DNA of 33,783 bases, taken from NCBI GenBank assembly GCA_964633235.1, contig CAZWGD010000001.1, positions 1-33,783 of the forward strand, given 5' to 3'. A program made the translations under genes and the position numbers. The notes beneath the pieces are model-generated. The model made no database searches and was not told the origin of the DNA. It saw only the letters and a list, made by a program, of their open reading frames with translations. This DNA is from an uncultured Desulfobacteraceae bacterium (lineage in GTDB: Bacteria; Desulfobacterota; Desulfobacteria; Desulfobacterales; CAZWGD01). This document shows, one piece after another, positions 25,131-33,427 of this stretch. Each line of letters opens with the position of its first letter. Within the stretch, counting starts at the first letter, position 1.

Positions 25131-25159
25131 AGTATACTCGATTTTTCAAAGAATAGCAA
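25131..25159 (-). promoter_or_regulatory. Candidate sigma70-type promoter for the DUF1573 operon
   Basis: The minus strand reads TTGCTA (25159-25154), a 17-nt spacer, then TATACT (25136-25131), about 100 nt upstream of ATG 25028. Confidence 0.4.
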
Positions 25160-25191
25160 AGCGGAAGGCGACATCTCTCCTTCAGCCCGGT

Positions 25192-27693
25192 TTACATCAT
25201 GAAAATGGGATCAACATCCAAGGCTACCTTTACCCTGGCCGATCTGAACATCTTTTTGCGGGAGGTGAGCAGTCGCTTCATAAAGTCGTGAATGATCCCC
25301 GGGGTCTCACCCTTTAACAGGATCCGATAGCGGTGGTGGTCGGCGATCTTCGGGATGGCGGCCTCAATGGGACCCATGACCCGGACCCCTTTTTTAAAGG
25401 TCGGCACTGAAGCCCTTATCTGTCGACAGGCCGAACTCAGGTGTTGAGACAGCTCATGGGTTGGACGCTTGTCCTTCCCCCGGATTCTCAGCAGAACCAT
25501 CCTGGAGAAGGGCGGGTAATGCAAAGCCTTGCGAAAGGTGATCTCCTGGGAGTAAAACAGGTGAACATCCTGTGCCTTAGCCGCCCGGATGCTGAAGTGA
25601 TCCGGGTTGTAGGTCTGGAGAATGACTTTTCCGGGTGCATCCCCCCGGCCAGCCCGGCCGGCCACCTGCGCCAGCAGCTGGAAGGTGCGTTCCCCGGACC
25701 GGAAATCCGGAAAGTTCAAGGAGAGATCGGCACAGATAATGCCTACCAGGGTGATGTTGGGAAAATCGTGGCCCTTGGCCACCATCTGGGTGCCGATCAG
25801 CACATCGACGGATCCGTTTCGCACCTGTTTTAAAATGTTTAAAACCGCATTTTTTCCCGTGGTGGTGTCCCGGTCCATGCGGGCCACGGAGGCCTTGGGA
25901 AACATGGACTTCACCATGGACTCCAACCGCTCGGTGCCCATTCCGAGAAGCTTTATGTTTGAGGTCCGGCAGTGGGGGCATTGCAAGGTCGCCTGCCGTC
26001 TGAACCCACAGTAATGGCACTTGTAGATATGATGTTGCTGGTGATAGGTCAGGGCGATATCGCAGTGGGGGCAGCGTACGGCTTCGCCGCAGCCACGGCA
26101 CAGGGGCAGCCGGGCATAGCCGCGTCGGTTCAGAAATAGCAGTACCTGCTCCCCCCGCCCCAGGGATTGGGACATGGCACTGTACAGCCGGGGGCTGATA
26201 AACCGGCCGGTTTCGGTCCTGCCCTTTATTTTTCGCAGGTCCACGGTGATGATGTCCGGCAAGGGGCGGTTTTCAATCCGCCGATCAAGGCTCAGGTCGA
26301 TAAACTTCCCCTTTTTAGCATTATGGCAGGATTGAACGGAAGGGGTCGCCGACCCTAAGAGCGCCACGCACCCTTGGAGTTTGGCCCGCAGTACGGCCAG
26401 GTCCCGGGCATGGTATCGCAACCCGCCCTCCTGTTTGTAGGAGGTGTCGTGTTCTTCATCGACCACGATTAAGCCGATATTGGCCAGGGGTGCAAACACG
26501 GCTGATCGGGCTCCGACGGCGATGGGGGTCTTTTCTCTAACAATGCGTATCCACTGATCGAATCTTTCTCCCCGGGAAAGGCCGCTGTGCAGTACCGCCA
26601 CCCGGTTTCCGAAACGTGCCCGGAAGCGCCCCTCAGTTTGTGATATGAGGGCGATTTCAGGAACCAGCACCAGCACGGTCTTTTTGCGCCTAAGGACCTC
26701 GGCGGCCGCCTGGAGATAGATTTCGGTCTTTCCACTTCCGGTGACCCCGGTTAATAGACAGGTTGAAAACCCTTGGTCCAAAACCCCGGTCACCCTGCGC
26801 ATTACCTGCCGCTGGTCCACGGTGAGGCGGAGAGGTTGATCCCGGCGGATCGATTCTCCAAATGGGTTCCGGAACACCGGCCGTTTTGAAATGGTTGCAT
26901 AGCCCATATCCCGGAGGGGTTTTACCTGCCGGGGTGCAGAGGGTACCATAGCGGTTAAGGCCTTCAGGGGGATTTCCCCCTTAGACGACAGGACGCGCAC
27001 GATTTTTTGTTTGGCGGGTGACAGTTTTTCTCCATGGGGAGGATGGTCCGGACCCGGAGGCCTCAGACGCGGGCCCGGGGCAATGATCCGTTCGGTCCTG
27101 GATCCGGTTCTGCCCGTGACCAAGCGTTGTTTTTTGGACAGCCACCCTTTGCGGACCATGGTTTGTATCAGCCCATGGGAGATGTCTACTTTCAGCTCGC
27201 GGCTCAGGGCCTTAAGGTTGGCCGGCTGTTGCTTAAGGTGCTGCAGCACCCGGCTCTCCAAAGGGGTCGCAAGCCGGTTTTCCAGCGCCCTTTTCCCATC
27301 CCGGGTAATGGAAAGCTCGGCCACCTCGATGGGGTTGATGCCCCCGGGAAGCGCTCCTTTGATTACCTCTCCCAGGGGGTGCATGTAGTAGCCGGAGATC
27401 CATTGAAAAAACGGAACCATATCCGGAGGAAAGAGCGGCCATTCATCCAGGACGTCCAGGATGGATTTGATGGGCTTGCCCCGCACAGCCACCCCCGGCC
27501 CGGTGACATATCCTGTCACCCTGCGGCTGCGAAAAGGGACCAGAACCCGTTTGCCGGGACAAATGAGCGGTCTCAGGGGGTCCGGTATTTGATAGGTGTA
27601 GGTGTCGTGAACGGGAAGAGGGACGGCAACACTGACATGGTCTGTCGCAGGGAGTCCGTGTTCTCCTACTCCTTGGGATGACATTCCACGCAT
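25192..27693 (-). CDS. priA: Primosomal protein N' (replication restart helicase PriA)
   Basis: VAVPLPVHDTYTYQIP is the 3' DNA-binding domain start. Walker A is LLTGVTGSGKTE, and DEEH is VVDEEHD. The Cys-rich Zn region is CRGCGEAVRCPHCDIALTYH..YKCHYCG..LQCPHC. Its first 19-28 nt overlap the end of the cytochrome c3 gene. Confidence 0.9.
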   Translation of the reverse strand: MRGMSSQGVGEHGLPATDHVSVAVPLPVHDTYTYQIPDPLRPLICPGKRVLVPFRSRRVTGYVTGPGVAVRGKPIKSILDVLDEWPLFPPDMVPFFQWISGYYMHPLGEVIKGALPGGINPIEVAELSITRDGKRALENRLATPLESRVLQHLKQQPANLKALSRELKVDISHGLIQTMVRKGWLSKKQRLVTGRTGSRTERIIAPGPRLRPPGPDHPPHGEKLSPAKQKIVRVLSSKGEIPLKALTAMVPSAPRQVKPLRDMGYATISKRPVFRNPFGESIRRDQPLRLTVDQRQVMRRVTGVLDQGFSTCLLTGVTGSGKTEIYLQAAAEVLRRKKTVLVLVPEIALISQTEGRFRARFGNRVAVLHSGLSRGERFDQWIRIVREKTPIAVGARSAVFAPLANIGLIVVDEEHDTSYKQEGGLRYHARDLAVLRAKLQGCVALLGSATPSVQSCHNAKKGKFIDLSLDRRIENRPLPDIITVDLRKIKGRTETGRFISPRLYSAMSQSLGRGEQVLLFLNRRGYARLPLCRGCGEAVRCPHCDIALTYHQQHHIYKCHYCGFRRQATLQCPHCRTSNIKLLGMGTERLESMVKSMFPKASVARMDRDTTTGKNAVLNILKQVRNGSVDVLIGTQMVAKGHDFPNITLVGIICADLSLNFPDFRSGERTFQLLAQVAGRAGRGDAPGKVILQTYNPDHFSIRAAKAQDVHLFYSQEITFRKALHYPPFSRMVLLRIRGKDKRPTHELSQHLSSACRQIRASVPTFKKGVRVMGPIEAAIPKIADHHRYRILLKGETPGIIHDFMKRLLTSRKKMFRSARVKVALDVDPIFMM

Positions 27694-28118
27694 CCGGTGG
27701 GGCCGGTGGGCTTGATATGCGTGTCGTCCGCGGGGAACTTCCCGGCCATGCTCTCATTTTCGGCTTTTATCTCTTTATGACATCGGATGCATTTATGATG
27801 AAAAGACGCTTTATAATACATGATCGGTTCGTCCCCCTTCTCCGGGGCCTCTTCGAGATCATGGCAGCCGGATGTGGAACAGGACTGCACCGCGTCGTCT
27901 CCCACCCAGTTGTGGTGGCATTCCTGGCAGGATATTTCGAAATGAAGGCCATGGGGAAACTCAACAGGGGCCCGTGTGGGTTCAACCGATTCCGGTGGTG
28001 ACAGCGTGATGTTCCCCATAGGGATGCACATCTCTTCGTCCGCGCCCACCAAGCCGCCCCCGCAAATAATACCGACAGCCAAACCAAATACCAGAATTTT
28101 TTTCCGTAACATCCTCAT
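27666..28118 (-). CDS. Periplasmic tetraheme cytochrome c3 (class III)
   Basis: A signal peptide precedes four heme-binding sites in the c3 arrangement: CQECH, CSTSGCH (CxxxxCH), CIRCH and CVECH. Extra His residues could serve as bis-His ligation. Confidence 0.85.
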   Translation of the reverse strand: MRMLRKKILVFGLAVGIICGGGLVGADEEMCIPMGNITLSPPESVEPTRAPVEFPHGLHFEISCQECHHNWVGDDAVQSCSTSGCHDLEEAPEKGDEPIMYYKASFHHKCIRCHKEIKAENESMAGKFPADDTHIKPTGPTGCVECHPKE

Positions 28119-28132
28119 ACCCCCTATGGAAG

Positions 28133-28194
28133 AAACCGGGTGAAAAGAACCGGTTTAAAGCCTCCATTTCAAAATCCGGTTACAAACCGGGTTT
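28133..28194. repeat. Cluster of AAACCGG/CCGGTTT palindromic motifs in the cytochrome c3 leader
   Basis: Three elements are present: AAACCGG-N10-CCGGTTT (28133-28156), CCGGTT-aca-AACCGG (28176-28190) and the overlapping AAACC-g-GGTTT (28184-28194). They lie 15-76 nt upstream of ATG 28118. Confidence 0.6.
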
Positions 28195-28445
28195 GTCCGT
28201 TCCGGATACAGGCAGTCGGACGGAACCGCTGCATATGTCTACCGCCGGAAGGTGTCTCCTGACCGAAAAGTATTTCCATGAACGGAATGTCAGTTTTCCG
28301 TCTCGGGTCAAGCGGTCGTTTGTGAACGGAATCAATTTAAAATTTCGACTTTTTCTTAATACGTCTTTTAAAAACTTTCAACACTTAATTGCAGCCCCCG
28401 CCATGCAAAGCGCTCCAGCCGTTCACGGTCCGGCTCCCTGTCCGG

Positions 28446-29654
28446 TTAGGGTATAGGCCTGTTTCTTTTTCGGCTGCGCATAACCAGCAGTCCGATAAAC
28501 ATGGTGGAGATGATGAAACACAGTCCCATGGCATAAAAAACCGATTTGAGTCCAAACCGATCCGCCAGGTATCCGCAAATCGCAGCGGCGGTTGATCCCA
28601 CTCCGAAAGTCAGGAAAAAAAAGATACCGTACCCTATTCCATGGCGGTGTCGGGGCAGGTATTGGGAAATCAAGAAGTTCTGAACCGGCTGGCTGGCGAA
28701 ATAAAACAGCGCGTACATCAAAGCGGCAACGACAATGATCATGTTTTTTCCTATGGCCATTAGAAACACAAAGACCGTTCCTACCAACACCACAGTCAGG
28801 TATAACCGTTCCGGGTTATACCTGTCGACCAGACGCCCGGAAATATATTGTCCCAAAGCCCCGGACAGCAAGGCCACGGTTGCAATGGTGCCTCCCAGGT
28901 TAACCGGGTCCAGGTGCATAAAATTCACCAGGACCTCTTTTCCCAGGTAGGTCGGCAGAAAGGTCATAATCCCTCTATAGGTTAACCCGAGAAAGGTGGC
29001 CGATAAAAAGAACAGCACCAGGTTTACCACCGACACGCTTTGGCCCTCCCTGCCGGTGTCTCCCGCTACGCGTGATTTTGGGGGGACCGGTGCCGGCCGG
29101 GGTACGGTCAAGGAGAAAATGCCGACGGCTATACCGGTGAGACCGAAGATCATGTGCGGCGCCTTCCATCCCATAGCGGTACCAAACCAGGCCGACAGCA
29201 CGGGAACAGAGGCGATTCCCAGGCTCCCGGCAATACCGTGGATGCCGAACCCCTTGCCCTTTTGATTGATGCTCAACGAAATCAAGGTGTTGGCGGCTGG
29301 ATGGTAGGTGCTGCAGAAAAGTCCGATCAGTCCCATGAGCACACCGTATGCCCACAGGGATCCCACCGGCCAGATAAAGATGGACAACAACCCGGCACCA
29401 AACAGGTACAGGCTAATCAGGCGGCGCGGGCCAATCTTATCTGTCAGAAAGCCCGCGGGAAGGGATCCCAGGCCGAAAGCATAGGAAAAAGCCGAAACGA
29501 TCATGCCCAGGTGGAAGTAATCGGTGCTGAACTCGATAACCAACAAAGGGATGAGGGGCGGCAAGACGCCTTCGAATAAGTGCACAAGTCCATGGGAAGC
29601 GGTGGTCAGTCCCATGATCTTCCTTTCTTCCGGTGTCATCCTTGTCTTTGTCAT
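28446..29654 (-). CDS. MFS transporter
   Basis: A membrane protein of about 12 TM helices with the MFS loop motif GFLTDKIGPRR between TM2 and TM3. The start is uncertain: ATG 29654, 29639 or 29615, the last with the best RBS (AGGAAG). Confidence 0.8.
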   Translation of the reverse strand: MTKTRMTPEERKIMGLTTASHGLVHLFEGVLPPLIPLLVIEFSTDYFHLGMIVSAFSYAFGLGSLPAGFLTDKIGPRRLISLYLFGAGLLSIFIWPVGSLWAYGVLMGLIGLFCSTYHPAANTLISLSINQKGKGFGIHGIAGSLGIASVPVLSAWFGTAMGWKAPHMIFGLTGIAVGIFSLTVPRPAPVPPKSRVAGDTGREGQSVSVVNLVLFFLSATFLGLTYRGIMTFLPTYLGKEVLVNFMHLDPVNLGGTIATVALLSGALGQYISGRLVDRYNPERLYLTVVLVGTVFVFLMAIGKNMIIVVAALMYALFYFASQPVQNFLISQYLPRHRHGIGYGIFFFLTFGVGSTAAAICGYLADRFGLKSVFYAMGLCFIISTMFIGLLVMRSRKRNRPIP

Positions 29655-29700
29655 GTCCGTTAAAACTCGCTCCGTTTTCAGCGATCCCCGAGATGGTCGA

Positions 29701-31938
29701 TTAGATCGGCAATGGGGGTGCCGCAAAGGTGGTGTTGTTTTCCCAAAGTGTGCGCAGCCGGTATTTAAGGTGTGTATAGCGCCGGGCGGTTTTATTATTT
29801 CTAACCGCGATGGCCAGGGCCTTGGGCGTACCGACCAGCACCACCAGTTTTTTCCCCCGGGTGACGGCCGTATAAATCAGGTTGCGCTGTAAGAGCATGT
29901 AATGCTGGGTGAGAACGGGGATGATCACGGCGGGATACTCAGACCCCTGGGCCTTGTGTATGGAAACGGCATAAGCAGGGACAATTTCGTCCAGGTCCAT
30001 GAAGTCGTACAACACGTCCCTCCCTTCAAAGCTGATGATCAGTTCCCGATACTCATCGTTGATTTGCTTGATTATGCCGATGTCTCCATTGAAAATCTCG
30101 CGGTCGTAATTGTTTTTGATTTGCATCACCTTGTCGTTTATCCGATAGGTCCTTGTCCCCCGCACAACCCCACCCGGCCCCGGATTGAGGGCGTTTTGCA
30201 GAACGGCATTCAAATTCTCCGCGCCGACCGGGCCCCGGTGCATGGGGGTCAAGACCTGGATGTCATTCAGGGGGTCAAACCCGAAAATGCGGGGAAGATG
30301 GTCGCTTACAAGTTCCAGAATAAAGGTCAGGACTTCCTGGGGGTCTTCCCGCCTACGAAAATAAAAATCGGTTTTTTCCCTTGTCGGAGAAAGGTCCGGA
30401 ATTATACCGGCGTTTATTTGGTGGGCATTGACGACTATGCGGCTCTCCTTGGCCTGCCGGAAGATCTCTGTCAGTCTAACCACCGGGACCACTCCGGAGG
30501 CGATGATATCGTTCAGCACGTTTCCGGGACCCACAGACGGCAGCTGATTGGCGTCTCCCACGAAAATAACCCTTGCACCCGGTGGTATGGCGCTCAGCAG
30601 ATGATACATCAATACGGTGTCGACCATGGAGGCCTCATCCAGGATCACCCCGTCGCAAGACAGGGGATGCTGCGCGTTTTTCAGAAAGCCGCCTTTTTTA
30701 AAGCTGAACGCCAAAAGCCGATGGATGGTGCTCGCATCCCGGCCGGTGGTTTCCTGCATCCGCTTGGCCGCCCGTCCTGTCGGGGCGGTCAGCAGCAGGC
30801 GAAGCCCCTGGCGCTTAAATACCTTTAGAACCGCCTTTATGATGGTGGTCTTTCCCGTACCGGGCCCTCCGGTGACCACCATTACCCGGTGTTTAACGGC
30901 CGCGGCCACGGCCTTGGCCTGTTCGGCCGCCAGGCGGATGGACAGTCGGGCTTGCACCCAGGACAGGACGGAAGGGATATCGATTTCTCCGATAGGTTCA
31001 GGGGTATGGGCCAATATCTTCAGATGGGTAGCAATGCCGGTTTCACAGCGGTGAAACGCCGCCAGGTAAACCGCCCCGTCCGCCTTCCTCTGCCCGGGCG
31101 GCATATCCGAAAGGGCGTCGATGATAATACGCCCTTCTCCGGCAATGGCCGCCAGGGGTGAAGTCAAAAGGTCGGTTCCCACATTCAGGGTTTGGGCGCA
31201 TTTATCCAGCAGCGGTCCGTAAGGATAGTACGCGTGGCCTTCAGCGGAAATCTGATGCAGAACATATAGAACACCCTCTTTGAGACGCGCGCTTGAATCT
31301 TTCGCGAAACCCAGCTTTTCAGCGATCTTGTCAGCGGTGGCAAACCCGATGCCGAAAATATCGGCGGCCAGGCGATAAGGATTCCGGCGCACGACGGAAA
31401 TAGCGGCGTCCCCGTAATACTTATATATTTTGGCGGCAAATCCCGAACTGACTCCATGAGACTGCAGAAAGATCATCACCTCGCGAATTTCTTTATGATC
31501 CGCCCAGGCCTGGGTGATCACGGCAATCCGCTTTTTCCCGATCCCCCTGACCAGGGTGAGTTTTTCCGGCGCGGTATCAATGATCTCCAGGGTGCGTGTC
31601 CCGAAGTATTTAACGACTCGTCCGGCCATCACCGGCCCGATTCCCTTGATCAATCCGGACCCCAGATATTTTTCGATCCCTGCCGCCGTTGAGGGTACGG
31701 CGGTGCGGTAAGTGATCACCCTGAACTGCTCTCCATATTCAGGGTGCCGTTCCCACCGGCCCTGCATCTTGAGGATTTCCCCCGGGGCGGGGTCCATCAG
31801 ATTTCCCACTACATTGACCAGGCCTCCACCGGCAGCGGGCCTGACCTTGGCAACGGTATACCCGTTTTCCTCGTTGGCAAAGGTGATTCTCTCAATCTGT
31901 CCGGAAAGTTCCATCAGGTCATGGACGGGCTTTTCCAT
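29701..31938 (-). CDS. recD2: SF1B ATP-dependent RecD-like DNA helicase (RecD2)
   Basis: The N-terminal RecD2 signature is IERITFANEENGYTVAKV, followed by HhH-like repeats. Walker A is VVTGGPGTGKTT, Walker B is ILDEASMV, and the C-terminal motif is AVSIHKAQGSEY. Confidence 0.9.
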   Translation of the reverse strand: MEKPVHDLMELSGQIERITFANEENGYTVAKVRPAAGGGLVNVVGNLMDPAPGEILKMQGRWERHPEYGEQFRVITYRTAVPSTAAGIEKYLGSGLIKGIGPVMAGRVVKYFGTRTLEIIDTAPEKLTLVRGIGKKRIAVITQAWADHKEIREVMIFLQSHGVSSGFAAKIYKYYGDAAISVVRRNPYRLAADIFGIGFATADKIAEKLGFAKDSSARLKEGVLYVLHQISAEGHAYYPYGPLLDKCAQTLNVGTDLLTSPLAAIAGEGRIIIDALSDMPPGQRKADGAVYLAAFHRCETGIATHLKILAHTPEPIGEIDIPSVLSWVQARLSIRLAAEQAKAVAAAVKHRVMVVTGGPGTGKTTIIKAVLKVFKRQGLRLLLTAPTGRAAKRMQETTGRDASTIHRLLAFSFKKGGFLKNAQHPLSCDGVILDEASMVDTVLMYHLLSAIPPGARVIFVGDANQLPSVGPGNVLNDIIASGVVPVVRLTEIFRQAKESRIVVNAHQINAGIIPDLSPTREKTDFYFRRREDPQEVLTFILELVSDHLPRIFGFDPLNDIQVLTPMHRGPVGAENLNAVLQNALNPGPGGVVRGTRTYRINDKVMQIKNNYDREIFNGDIGIIKQINDEYRELIISFEGRDVLYDFMDLDEIVPAYAVSIHKAQGSEYPAVIIPVLTQHYMLLQRNLIYTAVTRGKKLVVLVGTPKALAIAVRNNKTARRYTHLKYRLRTLWENNTTFAAPPLPI

Positions 31939-31983
31939 ACACCGCTTTCATGTCAATTTGGTTAATAAATACACACCTGTATA

Positions 31984-32087
31984 TATAGAATTCAAGATAA
32001 GCTTTTGGGAGAGCCGGGGGAGAAGGCTGTATTGTTATACGCCGACGGTCGATAAGGCACCCTAAAAAGTTTATCTTGAATTCTATA
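31984..32087. repeat. 23-bp inverted repeat flanking a 58-bp spacer in the recD2-birA intergenic region
   Basis: TATAGAATTCAAGATAAGCTTTT (31984-32006) pairs with AAAAGTTTATCTTGAATTCTATA (32065-32087). The outer 17 bp are perfect, and the extension has 22/23 Watson-Crick pairs plus one G-T. Confidence 0.8.
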
Positions 32088-32270
32088 ACCACACCGGAAG
32101 ATGGGCATGGTTCCCCGCAAAATCGTCTCGACAGATCGCACTCCGGGAATCATTATCTGAAAACACCCCTGTTGACAAGCGGGGAACCGCGGGTAACTGT
32201 GCGGGGTTTCAACGCCCGGCCCCTCAAACCGTGCGGTTGAGTCATTTGGGGTTGACAGGGCGACGGGATT

Positions 32271-32302
32271 TCGTTAACCAATATCCGCATCAATGTTAAC
32301 AA
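32271..32302. promoter_or_regulatory. Candidate BirA operator (bioO-like palindrome) upstream of birA-bioY
   Basis: TCGTTAACC-N14-TGTTAACAA matches 7/9 as an inverted repeat. It resembles the E. coli bioO halves TTGTAAACC/GGTTTACAA and their spacing. It lies 79 nt upstream of the birA ATG. Confidence 0.45.
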
Positions 32303-32380
32303 GCTAGGTTCACGCGTACCCAACAGCTGTTTGGCAGCCGTTTGGAGGAACCCGGCGGTTATGAAAATACATTTGCGGTA

Positions 32381-33340
32381 ATGGGCATGTATAAAAAAGT
32401 GATCAAGGGCCGGATCATCAACCTGTTGAGAAAACAACCAAACCGGGTCGTTTCCGGAGAATGGCTATGCACGCAACTGGGTATTTCCAGAGTGGCTGTT
32501 TGGAAACATATCCAGGGGTTGAAGGAAATGGGGTACACCGTCGATACAACAGCCAAGGGATATCGATTGCTGGAATCAGAGGACATGCTGTTGCCATGGG
32601 AGTTTCCGGGCAGAGAATCCAGAATTCATTATTTCGCCGACATCCCATCGACAATGGATGTGGCCAGAGATATGGCGCGTCGCGGGTGCCCGGAATTCAG
32701 CGTGGTGATTGCCGGCCGTCAAGCCCGGGGCCGGGGGCGTCTCAATAGAACCTGGCATTCCCCGCCCGGAGGGCTTTATTTTACCATGGTGCTGAGACCG
32801 CAGATATCGCCTTTTCTCAGCGCCCGTGTCAATCTAGGCGTGGCTGTGGTACTGGTGAAACTCCTGCGGAAACAGTATCACATCCACGCTGAGGTCAAAT
32901 GGCCCAACGATATTCTGATCCACAACCAAAAACTTTGCGGCATCCTCTCCGAAATGGAGGCGGAAGCCGACAGGGTGGCCTTCATCAATATCGGCCTGGG
33001 CATCAATGTGAATAATGATCCCCCGCTGAATGAACCCGGGGCCGTTTCCATGCAACAGCTCCTGGGTGAGCCGGTTTCGAGGAAAAAATTGCTGGAGAGA
33101 TTTCTAAGCCGCTCTGAAGCTTATCTGACAAATACCGGGTTTGCCAACACCGTTGACGAATGGAAGCAATACACGGTGACCCTCAATCGTCCGGTGAGAA
33201 TCGTTACCCCCCGGATGACCTATCGGGGCACGGCTGTGGATGTAGACGAAAACGGCGCCTTGATCCTGGCCCGGGAGGGCGGCACCACCCAAAAGGTGGT
33301 GTATGGAGACTGCTTCCATGAACCCCTGCCGCATTCCTGA
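32381..33340 (+). CDS. birA: Bifunctional biotin-[acetyl-CoA-carboxylase] ligase / biotin operon repressor
   Basis: The N-terminal HTH is LLRKQPNRVVSGEWLCTQLGISRVAVWKHIQGLKEMGY. The catalytic motif is GRQARGRGRLNRTWHSPPGGLYFT, followed by KWPNDIL. ATG 32381 or 32387 is preferred over the TTG 32342 given in the ORF track. Confidence 0.9.
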   Translation: MGMYKKVIKGRIINLLRKQPNRVVSGEWLCTQLGISRVAVWKHIQGLKEMGYTVDTTAKGYRLLESEDMLLPWEFPGRESRIHYFADIPSTMDVARDMARRGCPEFSVVIAGRQARGRGRLNRTWHSPPGGLYFTMVLRPQISPFLSARVNLGVAVVLVKLLRKQYHIHAEVKWPNDILIHNQKLCGILSEMEAEADRVAFINIGLGINVNNDPPLNEPGAVSMQQLLGEPVSRKKLLERFLSRSEAYLTNTGFANTVDEWKQYTVTLNRPVRIVTPRMTYRGTAVDVDENGALILAREGGTTQKVVYGDCFHEPLPHS

Positions 33341-33427
33341 ACAGGCCATTGTAAAGAGGTCTACACCCCGGGCATACGGCCTAGGCTCAGGGTCGGTCAT
33401 GATGTCTGCAAGCATGGGAGGGTAAAG

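Noticed and set aside
27034-27681. A 215-aa plus-strand ORF.
   Set aside because: It is antisense to priA and is a shadow ORF.
28389-28409. A sigma54-like element on the minus strand (TGGCGGGGGCTGCA) upstream of cytochrome c3.
   Set aside because: The GG-to-GC spacing is 10 nt rather than the required 12, and the flanks do not match TGGCAC-N5-TTGCW.
29902-30828. A 308-aa plus-strand ORF, the longest unassigned ORF in the track.
   Set aside because: It lies entirely antisense to recD2, which has Walker A/B and SF1B motifs. It has no recognisable motifs of its own.
32361-32381. A 6-codon mini-ORF (MKIHLR) after GGAGG whose TAA overlaps the birA ATG (TAATG), a possible leader peptide or termination-reinitiation site.
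   Set aside because: It is too short to support from sequence alone. The RBS spacing of 12 nt is long. It is noted only because birA itself lacks an obvious RBS.
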